A DNA stretch of 64,000 nt from Myxococcota bacterium. Its GTDB lineage: Bacteria > Myxococcota_A > UBA9042 > PHBI01 > JBMYRH01. A program made the translations under genes and the position numbers. Location of the stretch: assembly GCA_049602155.1 (NCBI GenBank), contig JBMYRH010000014.1, forward strand, positions 99,860 to 163,859, given 5' to 3'. The first letter of the stretch is position 1. Each line of letters opens with the position of its first letter. Shown here piece by piece: positions 15,901 through 24,976 of the stretch. The notes below the pieces were generated by a model. That model was not told the origin of the DNA and made no database searches. It worked only from the letters and a program-made list of their open reading frames with translations.

Positions 15901-18204
15901 TCATCGCTCGCCAAGACGCTGTCGACGACGCGCCAAAGCCGCGATGAGCAAGAGCAAGAGGGTGAGCGAGGACGTGGGTGAACTGGGGGTTGATTGACAC
16001 CCAGTGGCTTCGTCTTCGACGGGGGGCGAGGTGGTACCCGGAAGCATCCCGCCTGTCCCCCTCGTGCTCGGTTCGGCCCGCTGCTGGTCGGTCGTAGCTG
16101 CCTCTCCGCCTGTGGTATCGGCTTCAGTGGTGGGCGGCCAGGTGTCTTCTGTGGTCTCTGACGCGTCATCTGTGCTGGTCTCGGTGACGTCTTCTTCGGT
16201 CACCGTGGAGTCCTCTGTGGTCTCTGACGCGTCATCTGTGCTGGCCTCTGACCCGTCATCGGCGCCGGTGGCGTCTCCTTCGGTCGCTGTGACGTCATCC
16301 GGTGTCGGGCCAGAGGCGTCATCGGCGGTGTGGTCCGAGGTGTCTTCGACGGTGTCCTCGCCGCTCGCGTCAGGGTCGGGGGAGGGGACGGTGAGGAGGT
16401 CGGCGCCGTCACAATCTTGGTCGACCCCGTCATCAGCGGTTTCGAGCGCGTTCGGGTGGACCGAGGATGCGCTGTCGTCGCAATCGCCACTGTCAGTCAC
16501 CCATCCCTCTGAGGAGAAGCAGTCTTCTTTGGACGTCAGGGGGTCTCCGTAGCCGTCTCCGTCGCTGTCGGCGTAAAACGTGCTGGTGTTTGTGGCGTCC
16601 TCGTCGATCTGGTCATCACAATCGTCGTCCGCCAGGTTGCAGGTCTCGTCGTGTGTAGGGTGGGTCTCGAAGTCGGTGTCGTTACAGTCCGTGCCGTCAG
16701 CGACGTAGGCCGGAGGCTGAGCGCAGCTGGCGAGGCTCTGGTTGGGGTTCCCGTAGCCATCTCCATCGAGGTCCAGGTACCAAGTCTGAGCGTCCACGGC
16801 GCCTTCGTCGGTCTCGCCGTCACAGTCGTTGTCGATGCTATCGCAGCTCTCACTCGCTGCAGGGTTAATGAGGCCATTGGAGTCATCACAGTCCGCCCCG
16901 CCATAGAGTTGACTCGCGTAGCCGTCGTCGTCTGCGTCGGTCGTGATGCACGCTCCGTCTTGGCAGATCTGGCCCTGACTGGCGCAGTCATCCTCGGTCA
17001 AGAAGCTCAGGTTGATCTCGCCTGAGTTGTCTGGTGCACAGGTCTTGGCGACCTCGCCCTCACACCACGATGCGTCACCGCCGAAGATGCAGCCGTACTG
17101 GATGCAACGGGCTCCCGTCCCATAGTCCTCACAGCTTGCGCCAAAAATAGAGGCGCAGTCGAAGGCTGTCGGCTGGCCAAGGCTACAGCGGCTCATCACC
17201 GTCTCATCGGTGCACGAGTCGGTGTTGGCGCCGTTGGGGCAAAACCCTGGGTAGGCCAAGACGCAATAGGCGGTCCCTTGGCCCTCCTCACAGACCGACC
17301 CAAAGACGGTGCAGTCCCCTGACTCGGCGGCGCCGCCTTGGCAGGTGATGAGCGTGTCTCCCTGACATCGTTTGCCGTTCATCAGATCGGCGCACAGCGG
17401 GTCGACTGGGCCGGGCTGATGGATGATGGAGAGGTGATTGTGGGTGGAGCGCTCGGCGGGCTCAGTTGGGGGGCGATCGGTGACATGGACCTGATTGATC
17501 ACCAAGTCCGAGCTGCCGCCGCCGTCGAGCATCAGGCCGTTGTAGCAGCCGTGATCGTAGACGAACTGGGCAAAGTCCCAGGGCGTCCAGCCCGTGCTTG
17601 AGCCGCAGGAGTTGTCACCTTCGGCGACAAAGAGGGTCATGATCTCGCCTGTGATGTCGAGGCACACCCCAGAGCGAGGGCGCGTGCAGGAGTCGTAGCT
17701 CGGGGCCTGCAAGACGCCGTCGATCACCAATCGCTGCCCGTTTCCTCCGATCACGTTCAGCTCGTTCCAAGTCCATTGCTCCAAGACATTTTGAGGGTTG
17801 ATGCGACACTGCTTGCTGGCGTCGCAGGCCAAGAAGCTCCAGTCACCGGCCGGGTTGTTATCGTCCCAGTCTTGCGAGCCCTCGAAGTACCACCCTCCGC
17901 CGACAGAGAGCCCCTGTGGGCCGTTATAGCTGGCGCTGTCCCAGTCACCGTTAATGGTCACTGTGGATTGCTTTAAGGCGGCCTCTTGGCTCGCTGTCAG
18001 CGGTCCCTCTTCATCGCGTGTGACCCGGATAGAGATCTCGGGGACCGTCAGGTCGACCCTCGCCCAGTGGACCTCCTCTTGAAGGTTACCCTCCCCAAAC
18101 GCACACCAATCCACCCCAGGGGCGATCTCCTCCCAGCACACCTCTTCGGCGGAAGCGGGCAGAGTGAGAAATAGTAAGAGCAGGGCGCAGCCTAGCGTTC
18201 TCAT
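15901..18204 (-). CDS. secreted multidomain protein with a phosphodiester-glycosidase (NAGPA-like) domain, Cys-rich EGF-like repeats, three MopE-like putative copper-binding repeats, an acidic Thr/Glu/Asp tract and a MYXO-CTERM tail
   Basis: The internal Met at 18204 gives MRTLGCALLLLFLTLPASAEE. The N-terminal domain contains VTINGDWD and then LMLDGGGSSDLVI, which matches the phosphodiester glycosidase fold. It has three repeats of the form D-x-DGDGYG, C-x-D, then CDG/DNDCDG-x-DE, the putative metal-binding MopE type. The C-terminus is GCQSTPSSPTSSLTLLLLLIAALARRRQR, a MYXO-CTERM-like tail. Confidence 0.6.
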   Translation of the reverse strand: MRTLGCALLLLFLTLPASAEEVCWEEIAPGVDWCAFGEGNLQEEVHWARVDLTVPEISIRVTRDEEGPLTASQEAALKQSTVTINGDWDSASYNGPQGLSVGGGWYFEGSQDWDDNNPAGDWSFLACDASKQCRINPQNVLEQWTWNELNVIGGNGQRLVIDGVLQAPSYDSCTRPRSGVCLDITGEIMTLFVAEGDNSCGSSTGWTPWDFAQFVYDHGCYNGLMLDGGGSSDLVINQVHVTDRPPTEPAERSTHNHLSIIHQPGPVDPLCADLMNGKRCQGDTLITCQGGAAESGDCTVFGSVCEEGQGTAYCVLAYPGFCPNGANTDSCTDETVMSRCSLGQPTAFDCASIFGASCEDYGTGARCIQYGCIFGGDASWCEGEVAKTCAPDNSGEINLSFLTEDDCASQGQICQDGACITTDADDDGYASQLYGGADCDDSNGLINPAASESCDSIDNDCDGETDEGAVDAQTWYLDLDGDGYGNPNQSLASCAQPPAYVADGTDCNDTDFETHPTHDETCNLADDDCDDQIDEDATNTSTFYADSDGDGYGDPLTSKEDCFSSEGWVTDSGDCDDSASSVHPNALETADDGVDQDCDGADLLTVPSPDPDASGEDTVEDTSDHTADDASGPTPDDVTATEGDATGADDGSEASTDDASETTEDSTVTEEDVTETSTDDASETTEDTWPPTTEADTTGGEAATTDQQRAEPSTRGTGGMLPGTTSPPVEDEATGCQSTPSSPTSSLTLLLLLIAALARRRQRLGER
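16148..16244. repeat. exact 31-bp direct repeat with 66-bp period inside the acidic tract of the 15901..18204 gene
   Basis: The unit tctgtggtctctgacgcgtcatctgtgctgg occurs at 16148..16178 and again at 16214..16244. It encodes duplicated ...TEDSTVTEEDV... segments. Confidence 0.5.
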
Positions 18205-18294
18205 GGTGGAGCTCCCGAGAGATGTGCAGATAGTGTTCCCTACTATGCATTCGTCTCTCGACCGTGGCCATCGGCGCACTCCATACTCCCGGCC

Positions 18295-20328
18295 ATGTCA
18301 CATCGAATACTTCTATTATCGTTCATCCTTTTGGCCGCTTGTGCCGAGTCCCCTGCCACTCAGTCCGACGTTGATGCCGCCGTCGAGGCGGACACCAGCG
18401 CACCCGCGGAGGACACGAGTGTACAAGAGGTGGAGGACGCCTCCTCGCGCGGAGCGCAAGACGCAGCCCCTGAGGACGAAGGTCCCCTGTGCGATTGGGG
18501 GGTTGAGCCCGCTCGGTCGGCGCCCGATCCGAGCGTAAGTCAGTTCGCGATGTCGCTCTTTCACTACAATGTCGAGTACGTGATCGGCGGCCTTGAGGCG
18601 GTCGATGAGTCGGGCGAGACGGTGGTCGTCGGTGGCTTTGAGGACGCCGCCGGCTGGGACAATGACCGGGTCGAGGATTGGATCGTCACCGAGACGCTCT
18701 TGCCCATCCTCGAGATGTACAAAAAGCACCCCGGCTGGGGGGTCACCATTGAGCTTCAAGCTTACATGGTCGAGATCATGGCGGAGCGGCACCCCGAGGG
18801 GCTGGCGCTCATGCGAGAGCTCGCCCAGTCCGGTCAGGTAGAGCTGGTGAGCTTTCACTACGCTGCGCAGCTCTTTTTAGCCTTCCCGAGAGAGGATATG
18901 GAGCGCTCGATTGCGCGCACCAAGGCGGTCTTCGAGGCCAACTGCCTCCCCCTCTCTGGGGTGGTCTTCAATCAAGAGGGCCAAGCCGGCGAGGGGCGCC
19001 AGCGCATGCTCGTCGATGAGGGCTACGAGATCGGCGTCTACCCCAGAAACCTCTGGGGCTATGTCCGAGATGGCGAGACCCCTTGGCCCTACTATGCAAG
19101 CGAGGGCGGGACGCTCATCGTGGGCCCGGGGCAGGTTGACCCAGAGAGCGGTGTGACCGTCGCTTGGGACTTCTTCGACGACGGTGAGCTCCGCGCGATC
19201 GAAGGGGCGATGAACCCCTATTTTGCGTACGCCTTTGAGGCCTCAGAGGCCCGTGTGGCTGAATTTGAGGCAGCACTTCAGGCCCGAGAGGACGCTGGGT
19301 TTAGCCTGATGACGATCACAGACTACGTCGATCATCTTGAGGCAAAGGGGGTCGAGAAGAAGCCCGCGCCACCCTTGTTAGACGGCACGTGGCAGCCCCC
19401 GAGCACCGACTCGATTCACCGCTGGCTTGGGGGACGCAGTCAGGCCTTTCACGATGACGAAGAGGACAACCGCGTGCGGTCCGGCAACATGCGCGCTCGG
19501 GCCCGCGTGGCCGCGACCCAGCGCATCTTGGACCGGGCGATGGTCGAAGAGGTGGAGGTCGGGGACGCCCCAGAGCGCGTGCACGCCCTTTGGAAGGCGC
19601 TCTTTCACGCCCAGGTCAGCGACGCCTCGGGGGTCAACCCTTGGCTCGGTGAGCTGCTCTACTGCGTGCGCCTCAATGATTGGATCACCGAGGAGAGCTC
19701 AGCGGTCGCTTCGGCGCTGCGGGAGGCGCTCGCCTTGGGTGAAGGGAGCTTGAGGGTCGACCTTCAGACTGGCGCTGTGGACACGTTTACGCCAGCGCCC
19801 GAGGGGGGCTTAGTCGCGGCAGAGGCTCCACCGGTTCAGGTGAGCGTGCGCGCGGACAGGCGCGAGGCGTCCGGCGCGTGGTACGAGCTTGGTGCGGGTC
19901 ACTGGCAGTACGTCATGAGCTTCAGCGGCGCGTTGACCGAGGACGGTTGCGACCCGTGTGATCTTCGCCGCATCGAGGTTGGTTTCCCTCGGACGACCGA
20001 GGAGATCTCCTACTCACCCGGCCTCATCGAGGACGAGGTCCGTACCTACGCCTTCGACGACTTCACCTTCCAGAACGGAGAGGCCTACCTGCCGCTCCCC
20101 AACGGCCTCATCGGCCTCGGTGATGACCTCTGGGTCATCAAGCACGCGCGCGTTCAGCACATCGCGGCGCGCGTCGCCCCGGACGAGGACGTGATCGCGT
20201 TCATCGACGCCACGCCACAGGTCCTCACAGAGGGGGCCTGGGTCTTTGACGTCGTCCAGGGGAGCGCCGAGGAGGCGCTGGCCATCGCGAACCGCATCAA
20301 CATCAGCCCCGTGGTTCACTTCGACTAG
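18295..20328 (+). CDS. hypothetical lipoprotein, possibly a glycoside-hydrolase or deacetylase-like enzyme (GH57/GH38-type barrel); unverified
   Basis: The signal is MSHRILLLSFILLAACAESP. Motifs FHYNVEYV and WGVTIELQAYM loosely recall the N-terminal GH57/GH38 family. It is divergent from the phosphodiester-glycosidase gene. Confidence 0.35.
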   Translation: MSHRILLLSFILLAACAESPATQSDVDAAVEADTSAPAEDTSVQEVEDASSRGAQDAAPEDEGPLCDWGVEPARSAPDPSVSQFAMSLFHYNVEYVIGGLEAVDESGETVVVGGFEDAAGWDNDRVEDWIVTETLLPILEMYKKHPGWGVTIELQAYMVEIMAERHPEGLALMRELAQSGQVELVSFHYAAQLFLAFPREDMERSIARTKAVFEANCLPLSGVVFNQEGQAGEGRQRMLVDEGYEIGVYPRNLWGYVRDGETPWPYYASEGGTLIVGPGQVDPESGVTVAWDFFDDGELRAIEGAMNPYFAYAFEASEARVAEFEAALQAREDAGFSLMTITDYVDHLEAKGVEKKPAPPLLDGTWQPPSTDSIHRWLGGRSQAFHDDEEDNRVRSGNMRARARVAATQRILDRAMVEEVEVGDAPERVHALWKALFHAQVSDASGVNPWLGELLYCVRLNDWITEESSAVASALREALALGEGSLRVDLQTGAVDTFTPAPEGGLVAAEAPPVQVSVRADRREASGAWYELGAGHWQYVMSFSGALTEDGCDPCDLRRIEVGFPRTTEEISYSPGLIEDEVRTYAFDDFTFQNGEAYLPLPNGLIGLGDDLWVIKHARVQHIAARVAPDEDVIAFIDATPQVLTEGAWVFDVVQGSAEEALAIANRINISPVVHFD

Positions 20329-20361
20329 CGATAGACGTGGCGCCTGTGGACGCCGCCGTCG

Positions 20362-21024
20362 CTACTCGCAAGCGACGATGAAGCCCCCGCCCTCGGCGAC
20401 CTCGCTCGGTGGTCCGCACCATGTCGCCATGGGGGCCTCACAGGTACCAACGACATTGCACGTCCAGTCGTCATAGGTGCAGTCCGCCCCGAGGTTCGGG
20501 CACGCGACGCTGCAGTAGCCCTCGGAGGCGCCGGGCTGGAGCACACAGAGGTCTGCAGGCGCGTCACAATCGAGGTCGACGGTGCACACTGCACCCCACG
20601 TCACGTCTGCCGTGTCGTCGCCCTGTGCGTCGTCGCCCTGTGCGTCGTCATCCTGTGCGTCGTCGCCCTGTGCGTCGTCATCCTGTGCGTCGTCGCCCTG
20701 TGCGTCGTCATCCTCTGCGTCTGGCCCCGCTGCGGTGTCTTCGCTTGGCGCTGCGTCGCTCTCCGATGAGGTATCCGCTGAGCCTGTGTTGGGTTCACTT
20801 CCACCGACCGCGTTGCCGCTCTCAGCGCCATCGTCTTGTGCGCTCGCGGCGGTCGATGGTGCTTCGCTCGCGCCTGAGCCGCCCATCGTCGGATCACTGG
20901 GGGCGTTAAGGCCGGTGTTGTCGCCTGACCCCGGGTGTGGGGTCGGGTTGGCGATACAGGCTGAGGTCATCATGGCGAATGAGGTGATCGCCAAGAGGAG
21001 GAGGAGTCGTTTCAGGGTGAGCAT
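20362..21024 (-). CDS. secreted protein with an (DDAQG)n acidic tandem repeat and a Cys-rich C-terminal domain
   Basis: The internal Met at 21024 gives MLTLKRLLLLLAITSFAMMTSAC. The repeat reads DDAQGDDAQDDDAQGDD... and is followed by a 10-Cys C-terminal domain. Confidence 0.5.
   Translation of the reverse strand: MLTLKRLLLLLAITSFAMMTSACIANPTPHPGSGDNTGLNAPSDPTMGGSGASEAPSTAASAQDDGAESGNAVGGSEPNTGSADTSSESDAAPSEDTAAGPDAEDDDAQGDDAQDDDAQGDDAQDDDAQGDDAQGDDTADVTWGAVCTVDLDCDAPADLCVLQPGASEGYCSVACPNLGADCTYDDWTCNVVGTCEAPMATWCGPPSEVAEGGGFIVACE
20614..20718. repeat. seven tandem copies of a 15-bp unit (gtcgtcgccctgtgc / gtcgtcatcctgtgc)
   Basis: The tandem array is visible directly in the sequence. It encodes the DDAQG/DDAQD repeats of the 20362..21024 gene. 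Confidence 0.75.
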
Positions 21025-21130
21025 ACCGTGACCTAGAGCAGGGGGCGGTGCGGAAGGTGTCGTCGGGGCCATCCCGAGCATACGGATCTCTGAGACTCCA
21101 GGCCAGCCATTGCGTCGATCGAATAGCGGG

Positions 21131-22534
21131 CTAAAGGTCCCGCTGCCACACAGTGGCTTGAAACGCGTCAAGTTGGTCGGAAGGTCGGCTGACCACCGCG
21201 CTGATCTCGGTGAACCCATCTAGGGCGCTTGGGGGGCCCTCATCCGCGCCAAAGGTGCAGACGGCGTATACGAGTCGGCCACCTGGTGCGACGTGCCTTG
21301 CACCGGTGGCGAGCAGCTTCTGTTGAAGTTCACCGAGACGGCCGACGTCATCCGGGCGCCTTCGCCAGGCGATCTCGGGGTGACGGCGCAGGGTCCCAAG
21401 CCCCGTGCAGGGGGCGTCCACCAGGACGCGCTCGAAGGACCCGAGGTTCAGGTCTGGAGCGGTGCCATCGGCGACTTGAGTGGTGATACGGTCGGAGAGG
21501 CCGAGGCTCTTGGCGAGCGCGTCGCAGCCCTCGAGTTTCCGCTCTTCGAGGTCGACGGCGAGCACCTCAGCGCCGCGATCGGCGAGCGCTGTGGCCTTGA
21601 TGCCGCGCCCCGCGCAGAGGTCGAGCACGCGCATGCCATCGCTCGCCTCGACGAGGTCGACTACGTGGAGGCTCGCGGGGTCCTGGGGGACGAAGAGCCC
21701 GGCGTGGAAAGCGTCGGTCGCGAAGGGGTCCCCGGGCCCGGTGATGATGCCGGTGCCGTGGGGACCGTCATCAAGGGTGAAGGGGGTGTCTTTCCAGGAC
21801 TCACGCAGCGCATCGAAGCCCCCGCGTGTCAGGGTTGGTCGCACCGTGTTCGGTGCGCGAGATTTGAGCGCCTCAGCTTCGGTTTCGACCGCGTGGTCGC
21901 CGTAGGCAACCCGTAATGCGCTGACGACCCAGGTCGGCAGGCTCCAGCGCATGGCGATGGCGGCGTTCGTTTGCCCCTCGGGCGCGGTGAAGCCGGCCTC
22001 CGTGACCCGCCGCAGGACGCCGTTGATCAGCCCGGTGACGCGGCCCATGCCTGCGGCCCGCGCGGCGTCTTGGGTCGCGCTGACCGCGATGGGGGCTGGA
22101 ATACGGTCGAGGTGCAGGATCTGGTATGCCCCGATGCGCAGAAATGCACGGGCCATGGGCTCGAGCTTTCCCAGGCCTTGTTTGACCCAAGGGCGCAGGG
22201 CGTGATCGAGCTGGCGTTGCCATCGTAACGAGCCATAGACCAATTCGGTCGCGAGTCCTCGGTCGCGTGGGTCGCTCAGGTTCCCGCGGTTCATCTCTCG
22301 GCTGAGGGTGTCGCCGGAGCGCGCCTCGCCTCGTTCGACAGCCGCGAGAACCATCGCGGCGACGCTTCGGGCGTTGGATTTGGTGCGTGGCCCGCGGGGA
22401 CGACGCCCTCGGGGATGAGACTGACGAGGGATAGTACGCTCCTTGGCTTCCTTGACCGCGCGGCCGTGGAGGACAAACCTTAGCCTTGCGTTCGACACGG
22501 CGACAAGGGCGAGAGACTGACGACATGGCGGCAT
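21131..22534 (-). CDS. rsmB: 16S rRNA (cytosine-C5) methyltransferase RsmB/Sun (start uncertain, probably downstream of 22534)
   Basis: It has an N-terminal NusB-like domain, an SAM motif DLCAGRGIKATALA, and the catalytic LVDAPCTGLGTLRRHPE motif. The 5' end as listed would overlap the divergent gene at 22486, so the true start is probably shorter. Confidence 0.8.
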   Translation of the reverse strand: MPPCRQSLALVAVSNARLRFVLHGRAVKEAKERTIPRQSHPRGRRPRGPRTKSNARSVAAMVLAAVERGEARSGDTLSREMNRGNLSDPRDRGLATELVYGSLRWQRQLDHALRPWVKQGLGKLEPMARAFLRIGAYQILHLDRIPAPIAVSATQDAARAAGMGRVTGLINGVLRRVTEAGFTAPEGQTNAAIAMRWSLPTWVVSALRVAYGDHAVETEAEALKSRAPNTVRPTLTRGGFDALRESWKDTPFTLDDGPHGTGIITGPGDPFATDAFHAGLFVPQDPASLHVVDLVEASDGMRVLDLCAGRGIKATALADRGAEVLAVDLEERKLEGCDALAKSLGLSDRITTQVADGTAPDLNLGSFERVLVDAPCTGLGTLRRHPEIAWRRRPDDVGRLGELQQKLLATGARHVAPGGRLVYAVCTFGADEGPPSALDGFTEISAVVSRPSDQLDAFQATVWQRDL

Positions 22535-23550
22535 CGGCGATAACCCACCTCAAGCGCGCGCTGCCATGGCTCTTCAGCGTCTTGATTGTGGGGTACCTCT
22601 TCTGGGCCGTCGACCTCGACGCTGTGATGGCGGCTGTGGAGGGGGCCGACATGGTCAGCTTGATGCTGATCATGGTCTTGAGCGCCCCGCTGATCTTGGC
22701 CGCGGATGCCTCGACCATTTGGCTGATGTTTCGGCGCTTACTCGCGCCCTACCCTTATCGAGAGATCGTCGCGATCAAGGGCGTCAGCTATTTCTTTAAC
22801 GCGATCACCTACAGCGCGGGGACGGGGGGCATCGCTTATCTGGTCCACCGGCGTTGGGGGGCGGGCTTCCTTCACTGTATCTCGTTGCTCTTGTGGATGA
22901 GCTTCGTCGACGTCATGACCCTCTTGCTGATCATTGGCTTGGGGCTGGTCTTAGCCGCTGACCTCTTGCCGGTGGGCTTGGCGACCCAGCTCCCTTATGT
23001 CCTCTTGGGTGGAGGGGTCATCTCTGTCGGCGCGATCATCTATTGGCGCTTGGGGATCGACTTTCTGATCTTGGGGCGGATGCGTAGCTGGCGGATCTTT
23101 CGCGCATTCGCTGACGCGACGATGGCTGACTACGCGGTCATGATCGCGAGCCGCGCTGCCTTTATCGGGGTCTACATCGTCCTCACCTGGCTGCTCTTGC
23201 CGACCTTTCAGATCGAGGTCCCGGTGCTCCTCCTCTTGATCTACCTGCCGATAGGCACCTTTGTGCAGATCATCCCGGCGTCCGTGTCAGGGCTCGGCGC
23301 GGTCCAAGTCGTCCTCATCGCGCTCTACGCGCCTCACGTGGCCGCCACGGTGGCTGACGGAGAGGCTCAGGTCCTCGCCTTTACGACCTTCATGGGTCCC
23401 GCGACGACGTTCGTTCGCGTCATGGTGGGCTACGCGTTTGTGCGCACCGTCATGAAGGGGCTCATGGGGGATGTGACCTTCGACGCCGCGGCGATCGCAG
23501 AGGCCCGAAGGGCCGATGAAGAGGCGGATTCCACACCGTCGGCGGATTGA
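22486..23550 (+). CDS. polytopic membrane protein, lysylphosphatidylglycerol-synthase-TM/UPF0104 flippase-like family (start possibly at 22525)
   Basis: It has eight or more hydrophobic helices. The conserved segment REIVAIKGVSYFFNAITYSAGTGGIAYLVHRRWG resembles the UPF0104 TM domain. Confidence 0.45.
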   Translation: MRSTRRQGRETDDMAASAITHLKRALPWLFSVLIVGYLFWAVDLDAVMAAVEGADMVSLMLIMVLSAPLILAADASTIWLMFRRLLAPYPYREIVAIKGVSYFFNAITYSAGTGGIAYLVHRRWGAGFLHCISLLLWMSFVDVMTLLLIIGLGLVLAADLLPVGLATQLPYVLLGGGVISVGAIIYWRLGIDFLILGRMRSWRIFRAFADATMADYAVMIASRAAFIGVYIVLTWLLLPTFQIEVPVLLLLIYLPIGTFVQIIPASVSGLGAVQVVLIALYAPHVAATVADGEAQVLAFTTFMGPATTFVRVMVGYAFVRTVMKGLMGDVTFDAAAIAEARRADEEADSTPSAD

Positions 23551-23602
23551 ACTGACAGGGTCGTGCTGTTACAAAGACAGCGACCTTGATGGAGAACACC
23601 AA

Positions 23603-24061
23603 ATGCCCGCAGATGAATTGACGCGTCGCCACTTCGCGAAGCTGACCTTGGCCGCTTTGGCGGGTGCCTCAATGGGCTGCAGCAAAGAGAGCAGCCCCTC
23701 TTCGACCCCGGCCAAATCTGCCGGGCTCCTCAAGGACGTGACCTCGGAGCACTTGCTGCTCCAAGAGCCTCATGTCTGCCGCGGCTTGAACGCTTGCAAA
23801 GGGCTCGCCCGTGGTGGGAAGAACGATTGCGCGGGTCAGGGCACGTGCGCGACCTCGAAGGCTCACGGCTGTGGCGGGCGAAACGCCTGCAAGGGCCAAG
23901 GGGGCTGCGGCGCGACGCCGGGTCAGAATGACTGCAAAGGCCAGGGCAAGTGTGGTGTCCCCATCACGATGAACCCTGCTTGGGACAAGGCACGAAAGGC
24001 GCTCGATGAGCTCGCGAAGAGCCATGGGTTCGAGCTCGGTGCAGCGCCCAAGCGAGGCTAA
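23603..24061 (+). CDS. bufferin-like (DUF2282-like) Cys-rich RiPP precursor with a twin-arginine signal and a possible lipobox
   Basis: A GGAG Shine-Dalgarno sits 8 nt upstream of the ATG at 23603. The N-terminus MPADELTRRHFAKLTLAALAGASMGC has a Tat motif (T-R-R-x-F-x-K) and a Cys after the h-region. The core HVCRGLNACKGLARGGKNDCAGQGTCATSKAHGCGGRNACKGQGGCGATPGQNDCKGQGKCG is a two-fold repeat of the DUF2282-like AKAGKNDCAG motif. The stop TAA at 24059-61 abuts the GTG start of the DUF692 gene. Confidence 0.6.
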   Translation: MPADELTRRHFAKLTLAALAGASMGCSKESSPSSTPAKSAGLLKDVTSEHLLLQEPHVCRGLNACKGLARGGKNDCAGQGTCATSKAHGCGGRNACKGQGGCGATPGQNDCKGQGKCGVPITMNPAWDKARKALDELAKSHGFELGAAPKRG

Positions 24062-24976
24062 GTGACCCGCGAGACGCCCTTGGGCTTGCCTCACCTCGGG
24101 TGGGGCATTGGGCTTCGCGCTGAGCACACCTCTGCGCTCTTGGGTGAGTGGCCGGAGGTCGATTGGTTCGAGGTCATCACGGAGAACGTGATGGACTCTG
24201 GCGGGCGCGCCAGGGCTGTCGTCGAGGCCGTCGCAGCGCGCTATCCGGTGGTCTTGCATGGCGTGTCGATGAACATCGGCTCTACGGATCCGCTCGACCG
24301 TCGCTACTTGGACAGGTTGGCGGCGCTGGCGGAGGCGCTTCGACCCGCTTGGGTCTCCGATCACCTCTGCTTTACGGGCCTAGGCGGCCATAACAGCCAT
24401 GATCTCTTGCCGCTGCCCTACACCGAGGACTCCCTCGGCCACGTCGTCGCCCGGGTCCGGGATGTACAATCACACTTGGGGCGCCCTCTGGTCCTTGAGA
24501 ACCCGTCTAGCTACATCACCTTTCGGGCTTCGACGATGAGCGAGTCACGCTTCTTAGCGCGCCTCGCAGAGGAGGCTGACTGCGGGCTTCTGGTCGATCT
24601 GAACAACGTCGCAGTCAGTTGCTTTAATCATGGTTGGGACCCGAACGCTTACTTGGCGGACCTCCCCTCGGACCGCGTCGTGCAGCTGCACCTCGCGGGT
24701 CACAGTGACCTGGGCTCTCACCGGGTTGACACGCACGATGGGCTGGTCTCTGAGGAGGTCTGGGACCTCTACCGACGCTTCTATGCCCGCATCGGTGGTG
24801 CGGCGACGCTCGTCGAGTGGGACGCCGCATTGCCCCCCCTCGGCGTGCTCATCGATGAGGCGGGGCGCGCTCGGGACATCGCTCAGGGGCGCCCTGTCTC
24901 ACCTCGCGCCGACACCTCGTCCAAGGTGGCCGTGCCGCACCCGCTTCACTCCCGTGTGCGGGAGGTCGGCCCATGA
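24062..24976 (+). CDS. DUF692 family protein (MbnB/TglH/BufB-like non-heme iron enzyme, TIM-barrel)
   Basis: LGWGIGLRAEH, then VDWFEVITEN, then VVLHGVSMNIGS, then WVSDHLCFTG are all DUF692 hallmarks. The GTG start lies immediately after the upstream stop. Confidence 0.85.
   Translation: MTRETPLGLPHLGWGIGLRAEHTSALLGEWPEVDWFEVITENVMDSGGRARAVVEAVAARYPVVLHGVSMNIGSTDPLDRRYLDRLAALAEALRPAWVSDHLCFTGLGGHNSHDLLPLPYTEDSLGHVVARVRDVQSHLGRPLVLENPSSYITFRASTMSESRFLARLAEEADCGLLVDLNNVAVSCFNHGWDPNAYLADLPSDRVVQLHLAGHSDLGSHRVDTHDGLVSEEVWDLYRRFYARIGGAATLVEWDAALPPLGVLIDEAGRARDIAQGRPVSPRADTSSKVAVPHPLHSRVREVGP

Noticed and set aside
21873-22718. 281-aa minus ORF and several 60-200-aa ORFs antisense to rsmB
   Set aside because: They overlap a confidently assigned methyltransferase. 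Their Arg-rich junk composition is characteristic of a non-coding frame.
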